DNA of 40,249 nucleotides, from the IMG/VR virus record IMGVR_UViG_3300040801_001445, positions 1 to 40,249 of that record, one strand, 5' to 3'. The notes beneath the pieces were generated by a model. The model saw only the letters and a program-made list of their open reading frames with translations, was not told where the DNA came from and did no database searches. The DNA comes from a virus. Positions 12,939 through 23,006 of this stretch are shown here, one piece after another. The translations under genes were made by a program, and so were the position numbers. Numbering within the stretch: the stretch's first letter is position 1; each line of letters begins with the position of its first letter.

Positions 12939-14068
12939 CAGTCTATCCTCAGGGCAAGGGTCACGCCGACGCTTGAAAGCGTGTCGTCCGCAGGGTCGGG
13001 CGCTTGCAGCGAAAGCCTGTCGCCTCGAGAAAACGAAACGTCGCTCGCAATGGCGAAAGTTCCGGTAGTGCCGGAAGCGGCAAACGTGACCGTGCCTACT
13101 TGTGTGCCGTTGCGCTGGACCGAGAACACGGTCGAAGCAGTGGCTGCGACTTCTGCCGTGGCAACGCTGAGTCCGCCTCCGGCAATCAGCGTGCAGGCTC
13201 GCGGCAACGGCAACGCGACTTCGGCCTCGGCGCCGGGGGCTCCCTCGAACGCAAGGCCGATGTCGTACACCTCGGTGGCGACCGCGGTCAGCTCCTGCAC
13301 GCCCAGCAGCAGAGCGTTTACACGATCACCGGAGAGCAGCGCCTCGTCGAACGTCACCGTGCCGTCAGGGTTTTCCGTGTAGTTCCCCACCTGAAGCACG
13401 CCGTTCACGAACAGCAGAAGCTGGTTGTCGCCCGGCGTGAAGCCGAGCGCCGACAGGTCTACGTCGGTGGTGCCAGTCGTGGTGATCGTGGTGGTGTTGC
13501 GCGTGAAGCCGTTGAACGCTAGGTCGCCCTGAGCGGTAAGCGCGGCGAGCTGCCGGAGGGGAACAGCGTCGCTGTCCGCAGACGCAAGCGGCAGCCCGGT
13601 CACGCGCGCGTTCTCGTTGAACACCATGTCGGTGCTGTGCAGCAGCGTGGCCTGATCCTGAAGATTCGCGCGCGCCAGCTTCTCGGCGAGGTTCTGGATG
13701 ATGTGCACCAGCTTGTCGAGCTGGAACTCCACGGAGTCGGGGTTGAATCCGCCCCCGGTCACAAGGTCAAGCGTCTGCTCGATGTCGCTGTCCCGCGTCA
13801 GGCCGAGCAGCCAGTCCGCCGGCGGCGCCGTGTTGAACGTCACGGTGGCGCCGCTGGTGTAGCGGTTGTTGAGCCCGTCGAGCGTGCCCGTGACCGTGTA
13901 GTCGTAGGTGCCCGAGCCATCCTTCTGCGTGGTCTGCAGCACGCCGCCGTCGTCGCGAAGCACCACGACCACCTCGTCCAGATCGAAGAGCTGGAACGGG
14001 AACGAGAAGGCCACCGACGATCCGTCGCCGGTGTAGCGGACCAGGGGCGTCTGTTCGTTGACCGTCAT
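12938..14068 (-). CDS. Tail-fibre or adaptor protein, 376 aa
   Basis: ORF-track 12938..14068. The N-terminus (TPLVRYTGDGSSVAFSFPFQLF) resembles the conserved N-terminal anchor of podovirus tail fibres. Position supports the call. Confidence 0.55.
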   Translation of the reverse strand: MTVNEQTPLVRYTGDGSSVAFSFPFQLFDLDEVVVVLRDDGGVLQTTQKDGSGTYDYTVTGTLDGLNNRYTSGATVTFNTAPPADWLLGLTRDSDIEQTLDLVTGGGFNPDSVEFQLDKLVHIIQNLAEKLARANLQDQATLLHSTDMVFNENARVTGLPLASADSDAVPLRQLAALTAQGDLAFNGFTRNTTTITTTGTTDVDLSALGFTPGDNQLLLFVNGVLQVGNYTENPDGTVTFDEALLSGDRVNALLLGVQELTAVATEVYDIGLAFEGAPGAEAEVALPLPRACTLIAGGGLSVATAEVAATASTVFSVQRNGTQVGTVTFAASGTTGTFAIASDVSFSRGDRLSLQAPDPADDTLSSVGVTLALRID

Positions 14069-14071
14069 GCG

Positions 14072-16603
14072 TCAGTCCCTCAGTGGGTTGATGCCGGAGT
14101 GCTGGCCGGGCGCGTACCAGAAGGGCGTGCCGAAGTCGCGCTGCGCACGGTTCGCCTTCTGGCGGAACGAGTCCTGCGCCTCCGGGTCGAGCGTCTCCTG
14201 CAGCCAGTCGAACACTTCGCGCTCCAGCACCAGCCGTGCGTACCAGATGTTCGAGCCGGGCGTGTAGTTGGACACGATGCGCGACAGCTCGCGGCCGACG
14301 TTGCTGCCGTCTCCGGTGGCCCCGGTCACGGCGGCATTCTGCGCCAGCCTCACCACGTCATCCAGCGCGCTGTAGGCCGGGCCGATGACACTCTGTGTAA
14401 ACGTCTTGCCGAACCGGGAGTGATCCGAGAACAGGAAGTCGCCGAACAGGCCGAGCCCTCCGCCCTGCACCATGGCGGCGAGCCAGAACTTCGTGGCCTG
14501 CGTCGCGTCCTCGGGGTTGAACGGGTCGATGGGTTCCTTGCCCGCGAGCCACGCCTTGGAGTTGAGCGACATGGCGCCCAGGACCGTGGTCATGAAGATC
14601 ATGGGCGCCAGGTAGCCGGCCTTCACCTTCACCAGATCCTGGCCGATCAGCGTCCGCGGCGTGACGCCAGCGCGCGCCATGTGCGTGTACATGAGCGTCA
14701 CCGGGAAGCTCTTGTACATGCCGGTGTTGCGCATCATCTCGCCCCAGAACGTGCCGGAGCGGGTGATTTCGCTGCCGAAGATCCCGCCCTTCAGAGCCGA
14801 GCGCGTGCGCACCGACGACGACGGGATCGCGAACTCCATCTCCTCCAGCACCGTGGCCTGGATCTTCGCCGCGACGTTGAAGTCCACCTCGGCGATGGAG
14901 TCGAAGTCCATGAACTTCACGCCGTTCCGCTCGCGCGGCGCCGCCTTGCGGGCGATGTCCCAGTCCGTAGCGTTTACACCACGCATGGCGAGCGACCGGC
15001 GCAGCGGTTCGTCGAGCTGATCGAACGCCTTGCCCGACTGATCCGCGAGATGGCCGAGCATCTCCAGGCCGAAGCTGTGCCGGCCTACCTGCGTCCACGA
15101 GGACAGCAGCGTGGAGCGCATCACGAAGTCGGCCATGCGTCGGGTGACGCCTGCCCCGGTGAACTCTCCCACCACGCGGCCTGCGGAGATGGCGCTGCCG
15201 GCAGCCTCCTCTGCCACCAGGCCCATGCGCACGGCGAACAGCCGGTCCTCCTTGTCGAAGGCCCCGCGGATGTAGCGCGACACTTGGCGGCCGAACACCT
15301 TTCCGGCGTTCATGCCGTTGAAGTGCGCGGTCATGGAGACGAACGCGGTGTCGGAGAGCGCAGAGATGAACGCGCCCCCGAGCTGCGAGGCGACCAGCAC
15401 GTTGCGGACAGCTCGGCTGAAGCCTGCGAAGCGCGGGCCCCACGGAGATTCGGCTCGGCCCATCAGCTCCTTGTAGTCGTTCATCATCGCCACCGGGTCG
15501 CGCCCGTTGTCGATGGCGCGAGCACGCTGGTACATGAGGTCGAGCGTCAGGTCGGGGTTCGGCCCGAGCGTTTGCACGGCGGCAATCTCGGTGGCGCGCC
15601 GGTCGATGTGGCCGACCATCAGGGAGAAGTAGTCGCCGCCGGATCCGAACTGCTCGTCGTAGGAGATCTGCGAGTCTGCGTCCTTGAACACCAGCACACG
15701 CTCCTCGCTGTGCCGGTCGGCGAGCCGAGCGGGCCGCCGCTTGCCGGACCCGACACGCAGGTTCCCGATGGCGTTGAGCCCGTTGGTCGAGATGTTCTCG
15801 AACACTTCGTCGAGCAGCTCGTCCAGCTCGGTGTCCGTCACCGCCTGGCCGGTGCGCCGGCTGATGATCTTCGACTGGTCGAGCTTGCCCCGGATCGCGT
15901 CCTTCCACGCTTCGCGATGACGGGGGTCTCCGGGCGGCACGTTCTTGCCGGCGGCGTAGCGGATGGCGATGGTGTCGTGCGTCTGCGGCACGCGCCAGTC
16001 GCGGCGCTCCTTGATGTCGAAGCCCGCGGCCTTGGCGCGGCGCACGAGGTAGTTGTCCACGCGCTGCCACTGCTTCGCGATGTCCTTCGCCACCTGGGAC
16101 ACCGGGGCGTTTTCATCGTAGAGCGCGCGGAGCACGTCCTGGGCGAGCACGCGCTCCTGCTTCAAGCCGAGGTACTTCGACCGAAGGTTCTCCAGTCCGC
16201 TCGCGAACAGCGCGTGCGCTCGACCGCGGATGACGTTGCGCAGCGTCTCGATGTTCGGCAGGTCCGAGCTGGCGAACTCTGCCCTCGGGTCGCGGGTGAT
16301 GATCGACCGCATGATTTCCTGGCCGCGGTCGGCGCGGCGCGACGTGGCGCGCTGCTCCATGTCGGCCTGGTACTTCGTGATCCGGTTGTAGGCGGCGAAC
16401 TGCAGGGAGGTCTGAATCTCCCTGGTCTGCAGCCGGTCCTCCAGATTCCGAATCAGGCGGTCGGCCTCGATCAGCGCATCGGTGGCCGCGCCGCCGACGC
16501 GCATCTGCTCGGCCATGTCGAGCAGCTCGTCCACCAGGGCCTGGTTGACCGTGCCCTTCCGGGCCTTGATGGCGATGCATTCAAGAGGCGTTGGCATTCG
16601 CAA
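14072..16603 (-). CDS. Internal virion / DNA-ejection protein, 843 aa (T7 gp16-like by position)
   Basis: ORF-track 14072..16603. Called from size and position after the gp15-like gene. Confidence 0.5.
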   Translation of the reverse strand: MRMPTPLECIAIKARKGTVNQALVDELLDMAEQMRVGGAATDALIEADRLIRNLEDRLQTREIQTSLQFAAYNRITKYQADMEQRATSRRADRGQEIMRSIITRDPRAEFASSDLPNIETLRNVIRGRAHALFASGLENLRSKYLGLKQERVLAQDVLRALYDENAPVSQVAKDIAKQWQRVDNYLVRRAKAAGFDIKERRDWRVPQTHDTIAIRYAAGKNVPPGDPRHREAWKDAIRGKLDQSKIISRRTGQAVTDTELDELLDEVFENISTNGLNAIGNLRVGSGKRRPARLADRHSEERVLVFKDADSQISYDEQFGSGGDYFSLMVGHIDRRATEIAAVQTLGPNPDLTLDLMYQRARAIDNGRDPVAMMNDYKELMGRAESPWGPRFAGFSRAVRNVLVASQLGGAFISALSDTAFVSMTAHFNGMNAGKVFGRQVSRYIRGAFDKEDRLFAVRMGLVAEEAAGSAISAGRVVGEFTGAGVTRRMADFVMRSTLLSSWTQVGRHSFGLEMLGHLADQSGKAFDQLDEPLRRSLAMRGVNATDWDIARKAAPRERNGVKFMDFDSIAEVDFNVAAKIQATVLEEMEFAIPSSSVRTRSALKGGIFGSEITRSGTFWGEMMRNTGMYKSFPVTLMYTHMARAGVTPRTLIGQDLVKVKAGYLAPMIFMTTVLGAMSLNSKAWLAGKEPIDPFNPEDATQATKFWLAAMVQGGGLGLFGDFLFSDHSRFGKTFTQSVIGPAYSALDDVVRLAQNAAVTGATGDGSNVGRELSRIVSNYTPGSNIWYARLVLEREVFDWLQETLDPEAQDSFRQKANRAQRDFGTPFWYAPGQHSGINPLRD

Positions 16604-18602
16604 AGCACCGTTTGAACTCGTCGATGAAGGCGCGCTCCTCGTCCAGCTCGCGCACCGCCTGTTCCGGCGTGATGGCCCGGCCGTCGTCCGTCTCGATCCG
16701 GGCGCCCTCGGGCAGCGCGGCCACGGCCTCGTCGCTCAGCTCCTGCTGCCGGGCCTCGCTGATGCGCGGCTGCGCCTCGCCCTGCTGCTCCTCGATGAGC
16801 CGCGCGTAGTCCTCCTCGGCTTCCTGCGCGCGGCGCACCTGTCCGTCCGGCGGGTCGCCGTGGATCTTGCCCTCGACCAGATGCTCGGTGTTCAGGCGCC
16901 GCAGCTCGGCGTCCGACAGAGCGGCTCCGATCCGCTCGTTGAACAGGCCCGCAGCCTGCTCCCGCCGGCGACGTGCCGCCAGAAGCTCCTCTCCGGCCGC
17001 CTCGCGGGCGCCCATGGCGGAGACGCGCTCTGCCTCCAGTGCGTCCTCTTCGGCCTGCAGGCGGCGAATCTCGGCCTCTCGCGCGGCGTTGGCCTCGGCC
17101 ATGCGCTGCCGCTGCCGCTCCACGCGCTTGCGCCCCTTGTCGAGCAGGCGCCCGCGCGCCGCCCGCGCCTGGCGGGAGACGGCTTCGTTGCCCGCCGTCT
17201 CGATCTGCCGCCCGAGCTGCGCCACCTGGGCGCGGTCGGCCGCGTCGAGCGCGCCGATGGCTTCGTCCTGGCCGATGAGGCCCTGCGGGACCGGCTGCTC
17301 CTCCGCCATGAGCGCGCGGATCTGGGCCGTCTGGTTCGCCTGCTGCCGCTCCAGCACGTCGGCCAGGCGGGTCTCGGCCTCGCGCACCCTCTCCAGCAGC
17401 GGGCGCTCCTCCACTACCGCGGACCGCAGCTCGCGCACCACGCCGTCCACGCGCGAGCGCGCGATCACCGCTTCGAGCCCGTTGTTCGTGCTCTCCAGCA
17501 CCCGGCCGAGGTTCGGGAGCATCTCGTCCAGGTCGAGCCCGACGGTCTCCAGCGAACGCAGCCGCTTCGCCAGGCCGTTTAAACTAATCGTCTCCATGCC
17601 GAGGTCGAGGGTCTGGTCGTCGGCGCGCGCGCGCACCGCGCGGCCCTGCACCAGCGCGAGCCGCGCCTCCTCGATGCGGCGCAGGTGGGCCGCCTCGTCC
17701 TCCGGCGTCGGATTCCCGATCGGCTGCGAGGTCTCGATGGCCGCCGCCTTCTCGACTTCCAGCGCGGCGGCGCGCTGCTCGTCGGTCATGTCCGAGATGT
17801 CGAGGTTCCCGCGGGTGGCGTTGTCCGTGTTCCGGTCCCCGCGGATCAGCTTCGCCAGCTCGGCCGCACCCATGCCGGCGACCCGGAACGCGCCGTAGAG
17901 TCCGGCGCCCGCGGTGGCCGCGGTCAGCACGTTCTCGACGCCCTTGCCGAAGCCGGCCTCCAGGCCGGCCTCGCCGCGGAAGCTCTGGACGATGGGCTGA
18001 ACCAGAGCCTCGGAGCCGCCGGCGATGCCGGCCTCGATCAGCATGCCGCCCATGATGGACGACCCGAGCGGGGCGGCGAGCAGCATGGACAAAGCAATCG
18101 GCGGGTCCGTGACCACGGCGGAGATTTCCCCGGCGACGCCGCCGAGCGCGGCCAGGCCAGAGGCTCGGGCCCCCACGTCTTCGCGCTGCGCTTCCAGTCG
18201 CTGCGCCTCGGCGTAGACGCGCTGCATGATGTCGTTGTGCGAGCGCGCGCCCAGGGCCTCGGCCAGCTCGGGGCTGCGGTTCATCTCCTCGGCCATGCGA
18301 TCCCAGAACGAGGCGATGCTTTCCTCGCCGTGGGGGATCACGTCGATCACGTCGGTGCGCCCGCCTCGCCCGCCGGGGCGGCGGCCGTGGTACTGGAACG
18401 ACCGGCCGGTCACGTTGCGGTAGGCGTCCAGCACCTGCCGGTACTCCCGCGCCATGTTCAGCGGGCGCGAGATGGAGCGATCGTTGTATAGGAACGCCTC
18501 GGCGGAGACGCCGGCGTACTCCATGAAGTCGGCCGGAATCACAGCCTTGCCCTGCTGCCGGACGAAGCTGTGGTTGCTGCTATCGGGCGGGATGAACGGC
18601 AT
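16581..18602 (-). CDS. Internal virion protein, 673 aa, rich in coiled coil
   Basis: ORF-track 16581..18602. Long Ala/Glu/Arg-rich helical segments. Called by position. Confidence 0.5.
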   Translation of the reverse strand: MPFIPPDSSNHSFVRQQGKAVIPADFMEYAGVSAEAFLYNDRSISRPLNMAREYRQVLDAYRNVTGRSFQYHGRRPGGRGGRTDVIDVIPHGEESIASFWDRMAEEMNRSPELAEALGARSHNDIMQRVYAEAQRLEAQREDVGARASGLAALGGVAGEISAVVTDPPIALSMLLAAPLGSSIMGGMLIEAGIAGGSEALVQPIVQSFRGEAGLEAGFGKGVENVLTAATAGAGLYGAFRVAGMGAAELAKLIRGDRNTDNATRGNLDISDMTDEQRAAALEVEKAAAIETSQPIGNPTPEDEAAHLRRIEEARLALVQGRAVRARADDQTLDLGMETISLNGLAKRLRSLETVGLDLDEMLPNLGRVLESTNNGLEAVIARSRVDGVVRELRSAVVEERPLLERVREAETRLADVLERQQANQTAQIRALMAEEQPVPQGLIGQDEAIGALDAADRAQVAQLGRQIETAGNEAVSRQARAARGRLLDKGRKRVERQRQRMAEANAAREAEIRRLQAEEDALEAERVSAMGAREAAGEELLAARRRREQAAGLFNERIGAALSDAELRRLNTEHLVEGKIHGDPPDGQVRRAQEAEEDYARLIEEQQGEAQPRISEARQQELSDEAVAALPEGARIETDDGRAITPEQAVRELDEERAFIDEFKRCFANANAS

Positions 18603-18604
18603 GG

Positions 18605-20842
18605 TCAGAGGTCCGCAGACGTTTCAACGCGACCGCCGGGGCGGGCACGCTCGCCGCCGATGTCGCGACCAGATGGCCGGCGAGGTTCCGCAATCGGAGT
18701 CGGAGGAGGCGAGCTGGGACGCGCCGCCACTTCCAGCGTGCGCGTCGATCCATAGTCGTCGAACATCGCGCCGACGTTGAGCAGGAACGGCTGGCTGTTG
18801 GCGCCGAGGACCGGACGGCCGCCCAGCATGATGTAGTACACGCCGTCGCTGTGCGGGCGCAGCGTTGCGTGGTCGAGGAACTTCTGCGACGTGAGCACGC
18901 CGCCGACACCAGCCGGCAGGCCGGCATCCCCCATCATGGACAGAGAGCCGTCTGCCAGCGCGACGTGCCCGTATCGGTTGAACGTGAATCCGTCCGCGGA
19001 GAACTGCTGCCCCACGTAGTTGGTGAGCAGCGCATCGAAGTCGCCCTGCGTCATGCCGCGCCGCGGGACGATGGTGTCCTCTCCGTTCATGCGCACCAGA
19101 CCGCCGGAGATGGCGTCGAGCGCGTCGCGGAAGTCCTGGCTGTTGATGGCCGCGCCGCTCTGCAGGTTCGCCGCGTCGGTGTTCGCCGCGTAGTAGGCGG
19201 TCGCTGCCGGCACGAGCGCCTCGTACAGCGCCGGGTGGTTCGTGAACAGATTGTAGTAGGCGTCCGGGATCGCGGCCCGGATCTGGTTGTCCGTCAGCGC
19301 GTACTGCTCGCTGTCCATGATGCGGCGCCCGCGGATGATCTGCTCGGACACGCGCGGCGACTCCGGCGCCAGGGCCACGGCCGTCGCCATGGTCTCCTCG
19401 TTCTCGGCCCACAGTTGCGCGGCCACACCCTTCACCATGTTGTCGGGCAGGTTCTCGGCCATCACGGCGAGCTGCGCCGCGGCCTGGTCCGGGGCGGCAG
19501 AGCGCAGTGCCCGAGCCATCTGCGCTGCCTGCGCCGGAGCGAGCACGCCGATGTCGGCCCGGTTGTAGTAGTCCTCGGCCTGGTAGCCGGCGCGCGCCAG
19601 CGCGGTCCACTGCTCCGCGGTCGGACCAATGGGGTTCTCGGGATCGCTCACGTCGAACGTGATGTCCGGCCGCTGGCGGATGAGCCCCGCGGAGACCAGT
19701 CCGCCGATGGGGTCGCGCCGCCCCATCTCCTCGGTCTCGGTGATGATGGCGTCCATGCCTTGCAGCACGCGGCGCTGCATCTCGGTGGTGTTCGGCGACT
19801 GGTTGACCGACGCGAGCATGGCGTCGCGCTTCTCGTACATGCCCGGCAGCCCAAGGGTGCGGAAGCCGGACACAATCTCCTGCACCTGCAGGAACTCGTT
19901 TACATCGCTGCTCACCACAGGGTCGTCGAGCGCCTCAGCCGCCGCGATCAGCGACTGGTCGTCGGGCAGGAACGCGTCGGCGCGATCGACCAGGCCGGCG
20001 GTGATGCGGTCCTGGATCTTGTCGCGGAGCAGCTTCTTGTTCGCCTTGTCCTCGGAGTCGGCGGCGCGCGCGCGCGCTGCAATCTCCGACTGCGCTGCGT
20101 TGATGAGCGAACGCTTCTCGTCGTCGCTCAGCTTGTTGTCCCATCGGTCGGTCTGCGTCAGCTCGAACAGCGCGCGCTCCGGGCCGGAGACGAACGCGCC
20201 GCCCTCGTCCTGCATCGACGGCTGCAGGATGCGCCCGGACAGCGTGCCGTAGGCCAGCTTGCGCAGGGACTGGTAGGCAAGCTCCCGCTTGAAGTTCTCC
20301 GGCTGGTCGAGGGCGCCGATGTCCTCGCCCATGTCTCCGGCCACTTCGTCGAACAGCTCGGGGTTCGTGAGCAGCCGGTTCGCCTGCAGGTCCGATGCTT
20401 CCGCGAAGCTCTGGTTCAGGTACTCGACGGCGGCAGCCGCTTCGATGCGCAGGGCCTGCGACTGGATGCGCGTCGATAGCCGGCGCATGCGGTCGGCGAG
20501 CTGCCCGCGCGCCAGCTCGGGTGCCGCGTCCAGCTCGGTCTGGTACTTCGCCGCCATCTCCTCGGAGACGGTGGCTGTAAACGCTCCCGGATCCTTGCCG
20601 TCGATGCCGAGGCGCAGCTCCTCCAGGCGCCGCTCCATCTCCAGCGCGATGCGCGGCTCCTCGCGCGCCACGTAGGCGTTCGAGACGTTCTGCTGGATCC
20701 GGGAGCTGGCCTCCGCGGCGCTGCGCGCGCCCTGGGCGAAGGACTGCAGCCCCGAGGCAATCACCTCGGGCGAGCGGTCTGCGCTCTGGCGGCCGGCAGT
20801 GGCCTGCTGGAGACGGCCGGGCTTCGTGATGCGGATGCTCAT
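18605..20842 (-). CDS. Internal virion protein, 745 aa (T7 gp15-like by size and position)
   Basis: ORF-track 18605..20842. Confidence 0.5.
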   Translation of the reverse strand: MSIRITKPGRLQQATAGRQSADRSPEVIASGLQSFAQGARSAAEASSRIQQNVSNAYVAREEPRIALEMERRLEELRLGIDGKDPGAFTATVSEEMAAKYQTELDAAPELARGQLADRMRRLSTRIQSQALRIEAAAAVEYLNQSFAEASDLQANRLLTNPELFDEVAGDMGEDIGALDQPENFKRELAYQSLRKLAYGTLSGRILQPSMQDEGGAFVSGPERALFELTQTDRWDNKLSDDEKRSLINAAQSEIAARARAADSEDKANKKLLRDKIQDRITAGLVDRADAFLPDDQSLIAAAEALDDPVVSSDVNEFLQVQEIVSGFRTLGLPGMYEKRDAMLASVNQSPNTTEMQRRVLQGMDAIITETEEMGRRDPIGGLVSAGLIRQRPDITFDVSDPENPIGPTAEQWTALARAGYQAEDYYNRADIGVLAPAQAAQMARALRSAAPDQAAAQLAVMAENLPDNMVKGVAAQLWAENEETMATAVALAPESPRVSEQIIRGRRIMDSEQYALTDNQIRAAIPDAYYNLFTNHPALYEALVPAATAYYAANTDAANLQSGAAINSQDFRDALDAISGGLVRMNGEDTIVPRRGMTQGDFDALLTNYVGQQFSADGFTFNRYGHVALADGSLSMMGDAGLPAGVGGVLTSQKFLDHATLRPHSDGVYYIMLGGRPVLGANSQPFLLNVGAMFDDYGSTRTLEVAARPSSPPPTPIAEPRRPSGRDIGGERARPGGRVETSADL

Positions 20843-20846
20843 GGGG

Positions 20847-21335
20847 TCACTCCACCGTGGCTCGGCCGGTCGTCATCATCAGCGTCTGCTGCCGCGCGAG
20901 CTGGAGCTGCTGCCCGCCGCTGGCGATGTCCCCGCCGGCGCCGAGCACCGTGGAGATGAGCTGCGCGCGCCCGGTGCGTCGGATCTGCCGCGCCTGGGTG
21001 CGGTCTGCGGCGGCCTGCGTGGCGCCCGCGTAGAGCGCCTGCCGGGCTTCCAGCTCGGCCTGGGCGGCGTTCTGTGCGGCGAGCGCCAAGGGCGTGCCGG
21101 TGAACTGGACGCCGGCGCCGGCGGCACGCGCCTTCTCGCGAGAGAAGTCGATCACCGCCTGCCGGCGGATTGCCATGGCGTCTTCGTTCGCCTGCAGCAG
21201 CCGCAGCCGCGCGTTGTCCTCGGCCACCTGGGCGTCGAACTCGCTGCGTTGCCGCGCCTGCAGACCGCCATAGACCCGGCCCGCCACATTGGCGCCGGTC
21301 GAGAGCACCAGCCAGGTTACGGGGTCGATCGCCAT
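20847..21335 (-). CDS. Internal virion protein, 162 aa (gp14-like by position)
   Basis: ORF-track 20847..21335. CGTTTACACGAGG lies 12 nt upstream of the ATG. Confidence 0.5.
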   Translation of the reverse strand: MAIDPVTWLVLSTGANVAGRVYGGLQARQRSEFDAQVAEDNARLRLLQANEDAMAIRRQAVIDFSREKARAAGAGVQFTGTPLALAAQNAAQAELEARQALYAGATQAAADRTQARQIRRTGRAQLISTVLGAGGDIASGGQQLQLARQQTLMMTTGRATVE

Positions 21336-21384
21336 GTCCGTCGTGCCTCGTGTAAACGGCCCGCCACACGGACGGGCCGAGGGG

Positions 21385-21567
21385 TTACAGCCGGTTCACC
21401 GCATCCTGAGCGTCGGCCATCACTTCGGCCAGCTCCTCGTCGGTCAGGTCGCGGCCCTCTTCGTCGGCTGCGCGCAGGATGTCGAGCAGCTTCTGAACGT
21501 TGCCGCCCACCTCCCGGTAGAGGCCGATGGCGCTGAGCACCAGGTTGATGATCTTCGTCGGGTCCAT
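21385..21567 (-). CDS. Hypothetical protein, 60 aa
   Basis: ORF-track 21385..21567, with protein-like composition. Confidence 0.55.
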   Translation of the reverse strand: MDPTKIINLVLSAIGLYREVGGNVQKLLDILRAADEEGRDLTDEELAEVMADAQDAVNRL

Positions 21568-21569
21568 GG

Positions 21570-21926
21570 TCAGGTTGCCTCCGCGAGCGTGCCGCGCACC
21601 GTGCGGAGCACGGACTCGACGCGGCCCAGGGTGTCTTCGGCCTCGGACGTGCGCCCGGCACGGACGGCCGCCTCGGCGTCGCGCAGGCCGTCGAGTACCT
21701 CCTGCAGCTTCACCTTGATGTCGGCGCGCTGTGCGTCCGAGATGAGCCCCTGCTCGTGCAGGGCGATGGTGGATTCCGCCACGCTCTCCACGGCCACGGC
21801 GGTCGCGGCGATGGCGCGGAACGGGGTCTCGCTCATGCTCGGCTGCTCGAAGAACTGGCAGCCGGCGATGGCGATGGCGAGCATGGTCAGGGCCAGCAGG
21901 TGCGCCCAGGCTCGAAGCGGGTTCAT
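21570..21926 (-). CDS. Lipoprotein, 118 aa, a possible outer-membrane spanin component
   Basis: Tail of ORF-track 21570..22385 from MNPLRAWAHLLALTMLAIAIAGC, which is a signal peptide plus lipobox. The ATG at 21926 overlaps the upstream stop. It is adjacent to the holin and endolysin. Confidence 0.5.
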   Translation of the reverse strand: MNPLRAWAHLLALTMLAIAIAGCQFFEQPSMSETPFRAIAATAVAVESVAESTIALHEQGLISDAQRADIKVKLQEVLDGLRDAEAAVRAGRTSEAEDTLGRVESVLRTVRGTLAEAT

Positions 21927-22135
21927 GCGTAGGTCTCCTTCGTGAACAGCGCCGCGGCGGACGCGATGAGGGTCGTGAACGCTGCCTCGATCCCGGTCGG
22001 CGCGGTCTCCATCAGACCGGGCGCGAAGTAGGACAGCAGCCAGATGACCACGGTGGCCGCAGCCCCCGCGGCAGCGGTGGCCGTGGCCTTCCGCTGCGAC
22101 GGCTTGTGCGGTACCGGAGGGGTCGGTTCGCTCAT
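21923..22135 (-). CDS. Holin-like small membrane protein, 70 aa
   Basis: ORF-track 21923..22135. It has two hydrophobic segments and lies immediately downstream of the endolysin with an ATGA overlap. Confidence 0.5.
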   Translation of the reverse strand: MSEPTPPVPHKPSQRKATATAAAGAAATVVIWLLSYFAPGLMETAPTGIEAAFTTLIASAAALFTKETYA

Positions 22136-22611
22136 GCAGGTGCCTCCGTGAAGGCGGCCAGCGCAGCTTCGGCGGAGACGAGCTGCTGCGGCTGGTCGCG
22201 GTCAGGTCGGATGCCGCCCCACAGTGCAGGGGCGCCAGGGGCGTTGCTCCGCCGAACGTCGAGATGAAGGCCGGGCGTCGGGCGCCAGTGCGGGTACACG
22301 CCGACGCCGGTGAAGCCGGCGCCGATCGCGACCTTCTGCGCGCGCTCCAAGTCCCACTGCGTCTTGATGCCGCCGGGCAGCACATCGACCGCGCGCACCA
22401 TCTTCCAGCGCGAGAAATTGTGCTGGCTGCCGCTGTCGTCCTCGCGCCCGATGGCGCCGTCCACCGGCGAGATGGTCACGGGCTTGCCCCAGGCGCCACG
22501 GAACGCGTCCAGCCGCACGAGCAGCACCGGGTCGAGCAGGCGCGCCCAGCCGCGGAACTCTTCCTCGTGGAAGTACGATGGCGTGTAAACGTCCCAGGGG
22601 TTCGGGCTCAT
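22132..22611 (-). CDS. Endolysin, peptidase M15 (zinc D-Ala-D-Ala carboxypeptidase-like) family
   Basis: ORF-track 22132..22620 trimmed to the ATG at 22611 (MSPNPWDVYTP), which overlaps the upstream stop. The segment GSQHNFSRWKMVRAVDV has an H...D metal-site-like motif. Confidence 0.55.
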   Translation of the reverse strand: MSPNPWDVYTPSYFHEEEFRGWARLLDPVLLVRLDAFRGAWGKPVTISPVDGAIGREDDSGSQHNFSRWKMVRAVDVLPGGIKTQWDLERAQKVAIGAGFTGVGVYPHWRPTPGLHLDVRRSNAPGAPALWGGIRPDRDQPQQLVSAEAALAAFTEAPA

Positions 22612-23006
22612 TGCGGGCACTCCGGCAACGAATCGCAGAGCCGGTCCAGCTTCTCGGTCAGCTCCGTGACGTGATCGGTGTTCTTCTCGATCTTCAGCAC
22701 GAGTCGAGCCATGCGCGACTCCAGCGCCTGGTGTGCGTTGTCGGCTTCCTGTCGGCTGTACTCGGCCAGGGAGATGGCGCGCTGCGCAGCTTCGACGACA
22801 CTGACGCGCTCGCGCATTTCGCCCTCGAACCGCTCGAACGCCGTGGCGAGCTTCGCGCTGGAGATGGCGAGCTGCTTGATCGACTCGGACTCCTGCTGCT
22901 GCCAGTTCAGTATGAAGGTCAGCAGCACGGGCGCGGTCAGCACGCCGAGCATGACCACTCCGCGATAGAGGGTCAGCTTGGAAGGAAGATGTACCTCATT
23001 GCTCAT
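22608..23006 (-). CDS. Membrane-anchored coiled-coil protein, 132 aa, a possible inner-membrane spanin
   Basis: ORF-track 22608..23006. It has an N-terminal TM segment (VVMLGVLTAPVLLTFIL) followed by helical periplasmic-type sequence. Confidence 0.4.
   Translation of the reverse strand: MSNEVHLPSKLTLYRGVVMLGVLTAPVLLTFILNWQQQESESIKQLAISSAKLATAFERFEGEMRERVSVVEAAQRAISLAEYSRQEADNAHQALESRMARLVLKIEKNTDHVTELTEKLDRLCDSLPECPQ

Noticed and set aside
9689-14068. A diversity-generating retroelement near the receptor-binding genes, as in BPP-1-like podoviruses
   Set aside because: I recognised no reverse-transcriptase-like ORF anywhere in the genome. I saw no template/variable repeat pair near the 3' ends of the fibre genes.
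13637-16615. A 992-aa plus-strand ORF, the longest in the track
   Set aside because: It is exactly antisense to the 843-aa virion gene 14072..16603. It is dominated by Arg/Ala/Gly/His/Val/Leu runs with no SD. This is a typical shadow ORF of a high-G+C genome.
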